Source: Monocercomonoides exilis PA203 (lineage: Eukaryota > Protista > Preaxostyla). From it: DNA of 64,000 bases. The DNA is taken from contig LSRY02000069.1 in NCBI GenBank assembly GCA_001643675.2, forward strand, positions 1-64,000. Reading direction: 5' to 3'. Both the position numbers and the translations under genes were made by a program. The notes below the pieces were generated by a model that was not told the origin of the DNA, made no database searches, and was given only the letters and a program-made list of their open reading frames with translations. Position 1 is the first letter of the stretch, and each line of letters starts with the position of its first letter. Shown here in pieces: positions 36,436-49,800 of this stretch.

Positions 36436-36658
36436 TTTTTTGAAAAGTTCCATTTGTTTAATTTTCATAAAATAAAAAATTTCATTTTTCGATCAAATTT
36501 ATGTTTTCACTCGCGAAATCACACTCAAATGGATAAAAAAACATTTTCAAGGATTTGTTTCAATGACAGCAAAATTTGGTGAGTAGAAACAGAAATTTGA
36601 TCGAAATATGAAATTTATAATTTTTTGAAAATTAAACAAATGGAACTTTTCAAAAAAA
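36436..36658. repeat. Long imperfect palindrome (MITE-like), ~75-bp arms
   Basis: 36436-36512 is close to the reverse complement of 36581-36658. Same family as 10324-10560. Confidence 0.75.
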
Positions 36659-36824
36659 TTTTGACAATAAATATTGAAAAGAAAATTATTTGCAAATAAC
36701 AATGAATTTTCATAATTATCCACACCCCGAAATAAAGATTTGATTTCAAAAATAATCACACATTGGTAAATATTCATGGAATAATTTCTAATCGAAGATT
36801 TTGTTTGAAAAAATGTGAAATCAT

Positions 36825-37088
36825 ATATGGGTAATTATTTTTGAATCCATATTTTCTCTCTCAAAATTTTCGGTTTGAGTTTTCACTTTGAATGTGGATA
36901 AATGAACAATGAAAAGTTATTCCCACTTTCAAAGATAATTTTTTCTTGAATATTTTCTTACGCATTGATTTTAGAAACAATTATCTTATTTTTTCTTTTT
37001 GAATGAATTTTTCCTTATCATAGAAATAAAACGTTAAAAGAATCAACACTCCGAAAAAAGTTATGATTTCAAAAATAATTACCCATAT
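36825..37088. repeat. 264-bp segment bounded by perfect 21-bp inverted repeats (MITE-like)
   Basis: ATATGGGTAATTATTTTTGAA at 36825-36845 and its reverse complement at 37068-37088. A near-identical motif lies at 10325-10345. Confidence 0.65.
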
Positions 37089-37345
37089 TATCACCCTAAT
37101 ATTTAACTAAATGGATCATTTTCTCAAAATTCCCATTGAGAATAACTTTTCATCATATCTCGATTGAAGAGTAAAAGTAAAAGGATAAGCCATAGGGTTT
37201 GGTATTTCTATTCAAAAAAATAATAAGGATTTCACATAAATTTTTTCAATAATCAAAATACGATCAATCGAATACTGAATTAAATCTTATTAACCTGTTG
37301 CCATTATTGATTATTCTTCCTCAATTGTTTTGGTTTTCAATTGCG

Positions 37346-37398
<53 letters not shown>

Positions 37399-37509
37399 AA
37401 AAATAAACATATTTTAAAGGCAATTCGGTTTTATAAGAAACTCTAAGCTCTCTATTTAGTAAGTGATCACTTTTCTATTTTAAAAATTTCAATTGCTTCC
37501 ATTGTTCCG

Positions 37510-39915
37510 TTAACTTACTGTTCTTTCTAATTGTAATTTATTCGCAAAATCTGCTTTTTCTTCTTCCATTTTCCCTTCATTTGAATTCTCTTCAATTTTT
37601 TCAGAAGAAAAGCTATCATCGGATTCAACTTCATCAAGCGTTTCTTCAGTTTCTTCTTCCTCTACCTCATCTTCCTCTTCCTCCTCTTCCTCATCTCCAT
37701 TAGATTCAGTATTTGCATCATTTTCATCATGATCAACAACAATATCTCCCGAATAATCTGATAATTGCATACTCTGTAGTTGGTCTGCTAAAAACTCTTT
37801 GTAAATAATGGCTATGTAACGGCGAGCCGCAATGTCCTTCACTCTGCGTAGATTAAAAAAATGATTCAATCTATCTTCATCCAATAATTCATCAAGTACT
37901 CTGTTGGTAACAACCAGCTTATCACCCTCTTCTCCTTCATTTCTTGTATTGCACACCATTCTTCCACATAGGACCATTTGTTCTGCTTCTTTCTTTCCAA
38001 ATTCTAACATCTGAACAATCGCCTTCAGGGCTAGACGCTCAGATTCCTTGATACCTTTGTTTATTGCATCGAGCATTGCTCCAGTAACTTTCTCGTTTGC
38101 TAGCTGTGCATGACATGTTCCACAAAGCACAATCGAAGCTAAGCCATAAAGAAAGTCATTTGCAGCTCGTTTTGGTGCAGTCTGAAGGAGCTGAACTGCA
38201 CTTGTAACAAGTCCAGAATTTAAGATGTGTGAATGAACTTCCTTATCGACGCAAAGATTGCTGAAAATGAGAGCAATGTCTGGCATTAGCTCATATTTTT
38301 GTTGAACTTTTAATAAAAACTGAAGATGTGACAATAGCTCGTCTTCGATTAAAGACTAAAAATCCAAATGGACAAAATGCAATCGTAAAAAAAAGCATAT
38401 TTCAAAAAACAGTAGCTGAATAGCTCAAGCAAAAGAATGCGCAATTAAAAATGTTCACACTAAATATACGTCTGTTTCAGAATGAATGACTGTTGTGCAA
38501 ATGATCGACAGAGAATGTTCGGCCATTGCTGGATAACTATTTGAAAGAAGTTTTATTAAGTATTTGAAGACTTTTTTGCTTGAAAGAATCTGAAATATAT
38601 TTTTAATTTTATTGCAGAGACAAAAAATTCATGAAGATTTCAATTCAGGCAAAAATGAATGAACGAATCAACCAATTAATGAGAGCATACGGGGATGGTT
38701 TCAGCATAGTCGATTGAAATTTTATTTATTAAAACCAAGCAATCATAAAGAAACATTTCTGGTGCGCAATTCAATGATTTAAACAACGATTGCCAATTTG
38801 CTGTTGTTGTTTGTATCGTCGTTGATGAAGTCGGCTGAGGCGATACAGAACAATAATCCGGAAGGACTACCATCAACGCATCTACAAGTTGAGGAAAGAC
38901 TGAAACTAAACCACTTGCATTTTCACTCACAACAACGTTATTGCGTAAAAAAAATATGATGTTTATTATAAAACTGAATGAAGGGCATGGTGATGTTGTC
39001 ATTTGCATGGAAGACATCAAAGGGCAAGATGAAAAAGAAGATAAAATTTGAATAGCAGTTTGTGCAAATGGAAATTGAGAAATGTGTTCCTGTGCGATTG
39101 AGTTATTCCCGATTAAGTTTGCTACGCACAATATTGTCTGAGAAAAAAGTGAATAAGAATATCTTTTCATAGGTAATTCTTAAAAGTGAGTTGTTTCAAA
39201 CTCTTGATCTGCAAGATTCATCTGTGTGCTTCAAAAAAATATCTGAAAGAAAATTTATTAAATTGCTAAACGTCATCAGATTCAACTCTTCTCCACTTTC
39301 AGTTGCTTTTTAAAATAAAAGTCTTTCAAAACTTAAAAAAGGTGAGGCAAATCATACCAAAGTTACAAAATATCGACAATATTCTACGCTATAAAAAAGA
39401 AGAAAGAAGAAGAAGAAAAACAACTTTTGTGGATTATCTTTTGAAACAAATGCAAACTAGAAGAAAAATGGATTGTGTTTTCTTTCCAATAATTTGCAAC
39501 GCAGTGATAACATCACAGTTCAATAATTCTTGCATAAATTTACTCGGTCCATCTTGGAAATAAATAATTGAAAACCAAATCAAATAAAAATAAGCACACT
39601 TTTTGATAATTCATAAATATCACATATTGCTTGATAAATTATTGTTTCATCATCAGATAAAAGTTTTGTAACAAGTTCCAATGCATTTTTTGGATGTGAA
39701 AATTTAAATTCATTATCATCTTCGTTTTCTGAGCGCCGATGGAAAAGTTGTTGTGTTCTATTTGATTTTCTTAACTTAGAAATAGTACTGTTAAATGAAT
39801 CGTGAAAATTAATTTGTTCTTTCTCTTTATTAAATGTCATCATCCTTGTACTTGCTCTTTCCTCGACGGATGAAGCAAAAAGAACATGAGAAATATTTTC
39901 TGATGCGTCATCCAT
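37510..39915 (-). CDS. ARM-repeat protein, divergent importin-alpha-like (multi-exon)
   Basis: IBB-like ISKLRKSNRTQQLFHRR, then LLSDDETIIYQAI, TILCVANLIGN, ALIFSNLC; acidic tail. Confidence 0.55.
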
Positions 39916-40058
39916 CTTTATTATGGCACAGATATTATCTGATAATTTAATTAGGAAATATATGAAAAAAGCTTCAAGTTTTTTATTTTATAAACATGGA
40001 AAAAAACTTGATCGATACATTCTATAATATTTTTTTATTAACATTTTAGTATTTGAAA

Positions 40059-42676
40059 ATGCACATTGATGAGGTTACTAATAGTTTTAATTTATAATTA
40101 AAGATGTTAATTTTAATAATAGGAATGGAAACACTCACCGATGAAACAACCTCCATTGTCTGTTGTTTTGAAAGATCATGTTGGAAAAGGAGGAACAACT
40201 GAAAGGTATAATCTTGTTTGTTGTATAATCCACTTTCGTTTATTATTTTTCTTACATATGTTTCATTGTTTAGTTACAAAACATTGCAAGTTGATGCACA
40301 TGAATTTTTGGTTGAAGGAGAATATGAAAAATGTATTGAAACATGCAATAAATGCATTAAAAAAATAAATCAGACATTAGGTCCATCAAGCCCAGAACTC
40401 ATTTATGCGAAACTTATCTTATGTGAAGTATACACGGAATTGACTCGTTACTCTGATGCAATGAAAATGGCACTTGAAGTCGGGGCTTTGTTGGACTCTT
40501 GTCCAGGGCTTACAGACGGTCATATATTTAAAGTGTATTACTATAGAGATCTAGGAACTTTACATCGTATACAAGTTCGTCTTGATGATGCATTAGCTTG
40601 CTTTCAGAAAGTTGTGGAAACAAGAAGAAAGTTTCAAGGAGAAAGGCATCCAGATACTGCACTTGCACTTGTGGACCTTGCAATTGTTCATAAGGTCTTG
40701 ATTATTTGTTTTAAAAATTGTGTTCACATTTCCCAATATTCACATACGTTCTGCAGATGCGTGGAGAATATGACAGGGCAATCCAACTTCTTCAATATGC
40801 ACTAGTTGTTCAAGAAGATGTTTGAAATTTTAATTTTATAATTGTTGAGATTTTCTGCGCATTATTCCATTTTTTGTGGTTATTGTATTTATATTTCAAA
40901 TTTATCCAAAAACAATATATTTAATAAAGTGCTATGGAAGTGATTCAATTCATGTCGCATCGAATTTATTTCATCAGGGAGCTGTGTATATTTGTGCATC
41001 GCGATGGGTTGAGGCGAAGGAAGCACTGAAGCAAGGGATGCTGATTATGATGGTAAATGGGATGAACGAGCATCCAGACATGGCCTCAGCAGAGTGCAAT
41101 CTTGGGATCGTTTCAGGGCAACTTGAGAAATACGACGAGGTTTGGATGAAAGAATATCATTTTCTTCAATGAAATATTTAATTATGAATTGGGGATGAAT
41201 TTATTTAAATGACCATTAACATGTCATTTCGATATTTTGTTCATGCATATATTTTCATCTGCATATAGGCAATTGAACACTTTGAAAAAGCAAGACTATT
41301 GCGAGAGAAAATCTTTGGCCTGGCGCATCCAGACACAGCAGGAGTCTACATCCACATAAGCAGACAGCTGCACGCACAAGGACTTCTGGACGAGGCAGAA
41401 AGCTATGTGAACAAAGCACTAACCATTTTGGAGTCAACAGCAGCCGGAATGAAAGTGCAGGCAGAAGAAGCAGAAAAAGGTGCGTCTTCAGTGTCAGCTT
41501 CTTCGGCGACTCTTTCGGGGGCTCCTTCCGATGCTTCCATTCCGCTCTCTCCGCACCCCTCTGGAGACGAGAAATCTCTCCACGGTTCTGTTCGCGATGC
41601 TGCCGCAACACGCTCAGTGAAGTCTGTCTCTGGTGTCTCAAAGCAGAAGGCGCCGTCGCTGATGTCTGCGCGAGTGCCGACAACAACAGCAGCACGGCAG
41701 GCGAAAAAGACCCCTCCGACAGAAGAGTCCAACCCGAAGGTGTTTGAAGGCCTCGCTGCATGCAGAATGATGATGGGGCAGATACTCGTCACACGAGGAA
41801 AATTCGAAGAGGCAAGAAAGCAGTTCAATGTGGTTTGCTCTAAACAAAAATTATTATCTTTTGACGGTTAAAATTGTGCTTCTGAAATAAAATTTCATTT
41901 TTTTTTTGTATTTTTCAATTTTCTTTTGTTATTTATCAAATCCTTGTCAGGCAAAAGAACTCTTCCAGTCTCTTCCCGGACACGAAGACGACGTGAAAGA
42001 GTTGGACACTCAAATAGCCAATGCATTCCTCACAGAAGGCGCATCAGGCGATGCACTGGAGATATTCCAGTCATTGCTGGACCAAATCGAAGCGAAGCAT
42101 GCAGGTGGGAAAGAGGGATTGCTGAGTGCCACGCAGAAAGCAAAGCGGAGGGACAAGAAAAAGAGAAGAAGCTTCGACGAAGACGATGAAGAGGAAAACG
42201 ATGACCCAGCTGATCCAAACTTGGCATCTGTTGTGAATGGAATGGGTAATGCTTACAGACAGCAAGGAGAGTTAGAAGAGGCAATGTATTCTTACAGGCG
42301 TGCACTGCGCATCTATGAAAAGAGCGTTGGTGTATTTGACCCAAGTACAGCCATTGTGCACATGAACATGGGAAACACCTACTATGCAGCTGAGAAGCTG
42401 CACCAAGCAATGAGCCACTACACTCAAGCACGTGCTATCAGAGAGCGAATCTTCGGCTCTGTCCATCCGCAAACATGTGCAGCATATCGCTCTATTGGAG
42501 CAGTGTATTTTGCACTGGATAGCTTTGACGAAGCGCTGGATGTGTATGGAAAAGCTGCAGACGCAATGGAAGTTCTGAGAGGAGAGACAGCCCCAGAGGT
42601 GCAGGCCATCCGTCGCACAATGGCAGAGATTGTCAGGGAAAGAGCTCAATACAAAGCAGAGCACGAAAAGCAATGA
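40059..42676 (+). CDS. TPR-repeat protein of the kinesin-light-chain/nephrocystin-3-like repeat type (multi-exon; start approximate)
   Basis: Repeats such as GERHPDTALAL, GLAHPDTAGVY, NGMGNAYRQQGELEEAM and GSVHPQTCAAY; GT-AG introns. Confidence 0.88.
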
Positions 42677-43818
42677 ACATTTCACTTTTCACAAATTTTT
42701 GATTCAAAATTGATTTTTTTAATGATTTTTTCCAACTTCTATTAATTGATAATAACTTCTATTTTTTACTTTTTGACTTTTATTTCAAACAATCCAAAAA
42801 ACATCCAATTCACATCCAATTTACAGATATATTTGTTATTTAAAGGTGCGCTTCATATCGCTTGAAGTCCCCCTTATTTCTCTGAACGAGAATAAGGACG
42901 ATCATCAAAGCCATATGACGAGAGTTTCCAAATGGAAACACAGGCCACAAGCCATCTTCCCGCTCAAGACAACAAGCCGTGAATAATCTTCAGCGCTATT
43001 AACTGTTACAAGTTTAGAAACTTGAGAAGAGACATATACTACAGAAAAGATTCTGTGCGAGTACAGTCTTAATTTTTCCTTTGCCTGACTTCTCTATTTA
43101 TACTGGTTAATTTCATATACAATTATGGTTTCATATAATCCCTTAAATATCTGTAAAATAATGTGAAAGAATTGCATTTCTCCAATGCAGTTAGAAAACC
43201 ATTTGATTTAAAAGTGCTCGTGAAGTTTAATACCAAAACTATACACATGCTTTATGGAAAGAAAAAAAATGCGTCTATTTGATAAGCAAAGATCTCTCCA
43301 TAAAAATTCCAAGTATTTGAAAGAAATATTGCAATTACCCGAAGGGACATCTCTTGTTTGTGATTTTTTAATTATTTCTATCAGTATTATTTTGTTTTGT
43401 AGCTTTTGTCTGATTATTGTGATTGGTAGTTTTGCTCCATCTCCAAGCTCAACTCTCGAACAGTTACAGGCAGTATGCAATTATTTTTAAAAGCATATAT
43501 CAAAATATTAAATCCTTTTTCATTTTCTAAGAGTTACACAACTCCAGATTCCAAAGAAGCGCAAAAGGGGTATTTTGGAGTTTTGAATTTAGATTATTAT
43601 GACAATCCTTCATGTGATTGAATTGTTGTCTGTTTACATAAAAATCATTTCACATTGTTGATTTTCTATTTTCTGCTTCATTTTTATTATCTTCAAATTG
43701 TTTAGAAAAAAATATACCAATTAATTTCACTTGTAATTTTGTAAAATCAATAAATTCATAAATCTGGTTATTAACAGTGTTAAGAACAAGGAAATATTTG
43801 CGTTCTGACCTCTTTCAG

Positions 43819-45754
43819 TTAGAACTTTGCCCAAACGTCTTTGGATCTTTCACGGGCTCTTTCAAAGACTGCTTTTTCATCGAACTGTGGTTTTGGCAGA
43901 TTCAAAATGTGATCCTTCATCAGTACTTTTCCAGCAACAATTGTAGTATTCACATCAGCCGGGGTAATTCCGAACATGAAGTGCCATGGCCAATTTCCTG
44001 GTGTAATAGGAGTTGGAGGATAGTAATCGAGAATGATTACATCACCAGCTGCTCCAGGCGTCAGATGCCCAATTGGGAATCCAAAGAATCCTAAATATAA
44101 CAGAATTGAATTGAGTTTTCCGAAAGAATGTGCACAGTTATGAAATAAAAATGTTTAAACACAGACATCAAAATCAAATCTGAATATTAAAAAAAAAAAA
44201 AGGATTCACACTTTCTGCAATCATTGCATTGGATTTGAAGAGCATTTCCCCAAGCTGCCATGACATTGCCTGTGGGTCTTTTTGTGCGAGCTTGTGTCCA
44301 ACATATCCCTGTTTGAACTCGCTTATCATGTCCTGTGACATACCGTCAGTTCCAAGCCCCACCAAAACACCTTTCTCCATCATTCTCTGCACTTTTGCAA
44401 ATCCCACAGCGTTGTTCATGTTTGAGGACGGGTTGTGCACAACAATTGTGTCTGTCTCTTTCAAAATGTCTTCGTCGCTTTCTGAAATTGCGACACAGTG
44501 CACGCAGATTGAGCGGTGACCCAGCAATCCTATTTTAAGGAGAGTCATTTTTTTACAAAATGAGCCATGAAAATATATCACGCAAATGTTATAGAGGATA
44601 AAAATAAAAGAAAAGGAGATTGAACACAGGTATTTTCAAAATAAACAAGGTTGACAAAAAAAAATCAAACCATGTTTCTCGAGGCGCTGTACTGGTGTCA
44701 TTCCGCATTTGTATTCAGCATCATCTTGGTCAAATGACGATTCAGAAACATGAATGTGTACTCCAACTGTTTCCGGCGGCACTTCGCGGCGCAAACGTCT
44801 GTTTAAAAATAATGATAGAAAAACAATCAATATATTAATCACTGAATTCATTGAATAATTCATATTAAAAATCTCAAAAATTCTCATAAAGCTAAGTGCA
44901 ATCGCATCTAATACAAAATTTTACGGAAGCTTTTCTTCTTCTTCTTTTTTTTGAATCATTCAAAGCATACGCAGAGATGGTTTCCATGATTTTCTCATTC
45001 ACAGTGAATGAAGCATGCAAGCCAAAAGTGGCAGCAAGCAAAGGCGATGGCTCTTTTGCGCATCTTTGCATAAATCTAATATTCTCCGAAATTCCAGCAT
45101 TTGCTTCTTCCTCAGAGTTTCTGTCAGTAACTTCATAGCACAAGCATGCCCGAACACCAGCTCCAAGTGTAGCTTTTGCGATTTCATCAAGCGAGCCTGC
45201 TACTGCATTAGGGCTGGCATGATGGTCTATCAATGTTGTCGTTCCGCATTTGATAGCTTGGATTACGCAAGAAACAGCACTGAGATAAACATCCTCCAGT
45301 GACAGAGCTTTGTCGAGTTCCCACCATAATCGCTGAAGAACTTGAATAAATGTTTTTGCAGGTGGTCCCGCAAGAGCTTTTCCTCGTGAAAACATGCTGT
45401 AGAAATGCGTGTGCGCACAAATGAATCCTGGCATAACCTTTGTTTCAAGTTTAAAATGAAGAATGAAGTTGCAATATAAAAGCTTTAAATCACACAAGCT
45501 TTCCATCAGCATCAATCACTTCTGCATCTGGGCACGCTGATTTAACCTTTTCACATTCGTCAACAAAGGCAATTTTCCCTGTTTTGCGATCAATGCAAAC
45601 AGCTCCGTTCTCAATGACTTTTGGCTCAGAGCCCAAAGTCAGCACTCTTCCGTTTGTTACAATAACGTACTATTCACGTTTATATGAAATCAGGAAACAA
45701 TAAATCGTAATTATCGCTGTTTTAATTATTTTTTCACACTTGCTTTTCAGACAT
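43819..45754 (-). CDS. ssnA: Metal-dependent amidohydrolase, SsnA-like (multi-exon)
   Basis: PGFICAHTHFYSMFSRG, LWWELDKAL, GTTTLIDHHASP, CYEVTDRN, GLHASFT, VHNPSSNMNNAVG, GLGTDG, DYYPPTP. Confidence 0.85.
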
Positions 45755-45979
45755 TTTCTCTAAGGGAAATGATCAATAGTGATCAAAATTTTTTTCTATT
45801 TATCTTGGTAAGTTCAAAAGAGTGGAGGATGTCATAATGAAAATGATGTGTAATGGAGCTTCGAAATTTCAAAAAAATCTTTGGAAAAAACAAACTCTTT
45901 GTATTCTATTTAATTATAACCCCATTTCACCGCTGATGAAACGCAATTGTGACGTGAAAATGAAAAAAAAATTTTTTTT

Positions 45980-46600
45980 TTATTTAGAATTTGTGCTTTG
46001 GCGAATCTTCTTTGATCTCTTGTTCTCGTGATGGGTAGTTGTGTAGAAAATGTATGGAATTAAAACTGCATTGCAGCTCATCAGTAAGAAAGCGAAAAAT
46101 TCACGCTTGTGAGATGTGTAAAATCTTTTGTAAACTGCTTGGGGAAGAATGTCAAGTGGAGCTTCAATGAATGGATGTCCAATTACAAACTGAATCTCGT
46201 CAGAATCAGCAACTTCGCGATAACTGACACGCACTGGTAGCATGTGATATGCTCCGCTTCGTTGAGGTACCCACACCTGCTCACATGTAACGTTTGTTTC
46301 ACCTTCAATTTTGTCGTAATGGCACAAATTATTGTCCTTTGCATTTTGTGAAACAAGGAAATATTCGCCCCATTGATCATCGACATTAACATCGTAAATA
46401 GGCTCTTCCCCAGCATTGTGAATGTGGATATGTGTTTTTAAATCAAATTTTTCACCTGCTGGAAGTGTTACTAACTCTTTTTTGACAAGAACTGTTGGAG
46501 TGGAAAAAACTGAAGATAACAAAACCAGAAATCCAATGAAGAATGTCTTAAAAAGAAATATCAACAGTTCTTCAAAATGCTCAAAAATAATAAACGATAC
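45980..46600 (-). CDS. SSR2: Translocon-associated protein beta (start uncertain)
   Basis: Signal-like segment, VLVKKEL..HIHNAGEEPIYDVNVDD, V-P-x-x-x-G, C-terminal TM segment and basic tail. Confidence 0.75.
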   Translation of the reverse strand, partial: VSFIIFEHFEELLIFLFKTFFIGFLVLLSSVFSTPTVLVKKELVTLPAGEKFDLKTHIHIHNAGEEPIYDVNVDDQWGEYFLVSQNAKDNNLCHYDKIEGETNVTCEQVWVPQRSGAYHMLPVRVSYREVADSDEIQFVIGHPFIEAPLDILPQAVYKRFYTSHKREFFAFLLMSCNAVLIPYIFYTTTHHENKRSKKIRQSTNSK

Positions 46601-47909
46601 AAACCATGAGATGATTAGACTTTTATATTGACTGCTACCCACAGACAAAACCAAGTCGATCTGATTTGATAAATGAGCGAAATACGGATATTAGAGGAAG
46701 ATCAATTATTGATCAATAAAAAATTCTTTATTGAAAACTGAGTTACATCTGTTGCTTATCAAAGTGTCAAATAATTTTTTTAAGAGAACTAATGACTGAT
46801 GCGTTGGGAAAGGGAAATATTTTTTTGCATTAAATGAAATGATGCGACAACACAAAACTTTTTTTGAGAATAAAAGTTGGATGATAATGATTGCGAAAAT
46901 ATTTAAAAGTTGATTTTTCATGTATTATTATGAAATTTACAAAGAGAAAAATTTGTAATTGAAACATTATTTTACGTCGTTTCTTTGTAATTTCATTATT
47001 GAAAAGGATTTCATTGAAATGCATTGAATTGAAAATTATATGATCCAACGAATCAAATGATAATTTGCAGATATAATAGAGTGCGGTTAGCTTCATTTAT
47101 TTAGATTTTTTGTTACTTTAATTTTCCTATCGATTGTATTTTTCAAATTAGCATATGCCTAACTGAAATTCAAACAAAATAACATTGATTCATTTATCTG
47201 AATTGGTAATGTTTATGAAAAAGAGAAATATTTTTGTTTCGTTTGTAGAAATAACGAACAAACAGACAAAATGACTGGGAAATGATGGTTTTTGCATGTG
47301 TGAAAAATTTGACAATTGATGCATATAGAATGATGCAAATTTTTGAAAGATGAAACTAATTCATGCTTTGCAGGATCTTGATCAAACAATTTTGGAAGAA
47401 AAAAATTGAAGATGAAACGAATTAAGAAAAAATGGATGAAAAAGAGCCTTTTGAGTTTAATTGGATGCGGCTTTCAAAAGAAAAGTTAAGTCAAATAAAA
47501 TTTGTTCGCTTTAACGTTTCTTCTAGAAATAATGTCAGATATGCAATGATTGAATAAAGAAACTTTGAAAAAAAAAGTGAAATCGGTTTATTGAACAAAA
47601 CTTGTAAATATTTATCATAGTCTGTTAATGTTTATTCTTTGATTGATTTTAAAAAATTTTCGCACAAAAGAAATTTGATATGAAAGAGTTCTAATGCAAC
47701 ATCAAGTTTTATTCACTATTTTTTCACCTTTAATAAATTTTTATGTCAAAAATTTAAATATCTTTTATGAGGCTATAATTTCCAAATTTAAATACTGGAA
47801 GTTACCTTAAATTTTATGTTTTTCACAGAATCATCCAAATAATTTGCATAAATAAAAAAAAAAACAAGAAAAAATGAAAGAAAAGAATTCAAAACGTTTT
47901 TTTTTTTTT

Positions 47910-47949
<40 letters not shown>

Positions 47950-48497
47950 TTAAAGAGACATTGCAGTTGTTTAATTCTCAATGCAAAATTTCATCCTTTA
48001 TTTATTTGACAAAAGTTGTCATTGATAACATTAAAAGGATTTTTGCATTAATCATCCAAATTGTATTTATTGTTAATTATTTCATGGAATTATTTTTCAA
48101 TTCTTCTAACTTGCAAATGCAATTGTGGCATTTTCAAAGTAAGTCGAATCTTCCACGAAAAAAATTGTTTTTTCATTTCTTCATAATAATTGACATTCAA
48201 TATTTAGAGTTCAATAATCTGAAATAAATGCTAAAAAAAATAGTGCTTGTAAATTGAATACCAATCTCTCTCTCTCTCTCCTTTTTTTTTTTTTTTCCTG
48301 AAAAAAGTTGATAAGGCAAATGCATTTTCAGTTCTTCTTTTTCGCTTGAAAAGAAAAAGAAAAAAAAAAAAAACAAAACAGTTTATGCAAACGAAGTGCA
48401 ATTCCTTTGGAAAAACATTTAGAATAAATCAAGTGAATGAAAAAAAGAAGTGAAATGAAAAATTAACGCAAATAACTACAAAGACCATAAAACATTT

Positions 48498-49291
48498 TCA
48501 TTCAACTTTAACAGGGATCGTTACAGCTGGCCTTACACGACATGACCTTCCCAGAACAAGAATTTGATCATTCTCAAGAAGAAGTTTTTCTCTCTCTGCT
48601 TCATCAACTAATTCAACAAAACCATACCCCACATTCATTACAGGATTTGCTTCCATTTTTGGAAGGCGAATGCTTTTCACCCGATATTTTGACAATGAAT
48701 TCAGCAAATCTTCAATTTTCATTTGATACGGTAAGTTCCCGATGTGAATCCAAACCTTTCTGACCGTCGTCGTTGTAACTCCACGAAGCCCACTCTTTTC
48801 AATTGATTTTTCTTCTCTTGGTGCTTTATTAACTCCGGATTTTCCTGCAGCTTTTTGTGTTGATTCTTGTTTTGATCTTCTTCCTGAATATTCATCTTCC
48901 CGAGAAGTTGGAACATCAATCCATCCATGAATTTGAGAATATTCTCGTATGCGGTCTGGTGGAGGTGATGGATCAATTTCAAAATCTCTCAAACCTCCAG
49001 GCCTCATGAAAGCAACTTTTATATTTCTTCCATCAACTAAAGCTCCGTTAAGTTTTGTTTTTGCTCGTTCGGCCATCACAGGGCTTTCCATTTCAACGTA
49101 TCCAAAACCTTTGGAAACATTGTCCTCAATTGCAATATTTGCAGCTTTGCTAAAACAACAAATAAAATAATCATTTTGCAGAAAAAGTGGACAAACACAA
49201 ATCCTACTGTTTCGAAAAGATGACCCAACGTAACAGCATCTGTTCTTTTATCTAAACCCCCAACCCAAAGAAGAGCAGTTGAGCTTTGCAT
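48498..49291 (-). CDS. RNA-binding protein with two RRM domains (2 exons)
   Basis: RNP2/RNP1 motifs LWVGGL..KGFGYVEM and IHIGNL..GYGFVEL. Confidence 0.88.
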
Positions 49292-49800
49292 TGGTTAGAT
49301 CAATTATAATATTTTATGTATGGGATTATGATCATCTTTCATTTTCATTTTTTATCATAAACGAAAATTTTTCTTAAGAACTAAGAATTTTCTTATTTAT
49401 CGATAGTTTCTATTTATTGCTATTTTGTTAAAGAAACATTTTCTTGCTTATTGAAATTTTTAAAGTTTATTTGAAATTGTGAATAATACAATTTTAAAAG
49501 TGCACACGCAAGTCAATATACAACAAACTTAAAGTATAAAATGTATAACAAAGATGTGTAATGGATCACAAAGAAAATAATCATGAAATTTATTTATTTC
49601 CAAATTTGATTAAAACAATATAAACAAAACAAAAAAAATATATTTTTGTTCTAAAAACCTAATATAACAAAACATAATCACAAATAGATGGATATCATCT
49701 CCACAACAACTTAAGAAAACAATGCTCTACAAATCATGTCAAAATATCCCCATTTTTTATTTTATCAAATTTTTTTTTTTGCATTGGATGAAGCAACCGA

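Noticed and set aside
42846-43075. Possible ncRNA: U6-like ACATATACT/ACAGAAAAGATT, RNase MRP-like GAAGTCCCC, small hairpins
   Set aside because: The ACAGAGA box, AGC triad and complementary P4 strand are missing. A minus-strand GT-AG intron pattern (~43002-43039) points instead to an unresolved small protein-coding gene.
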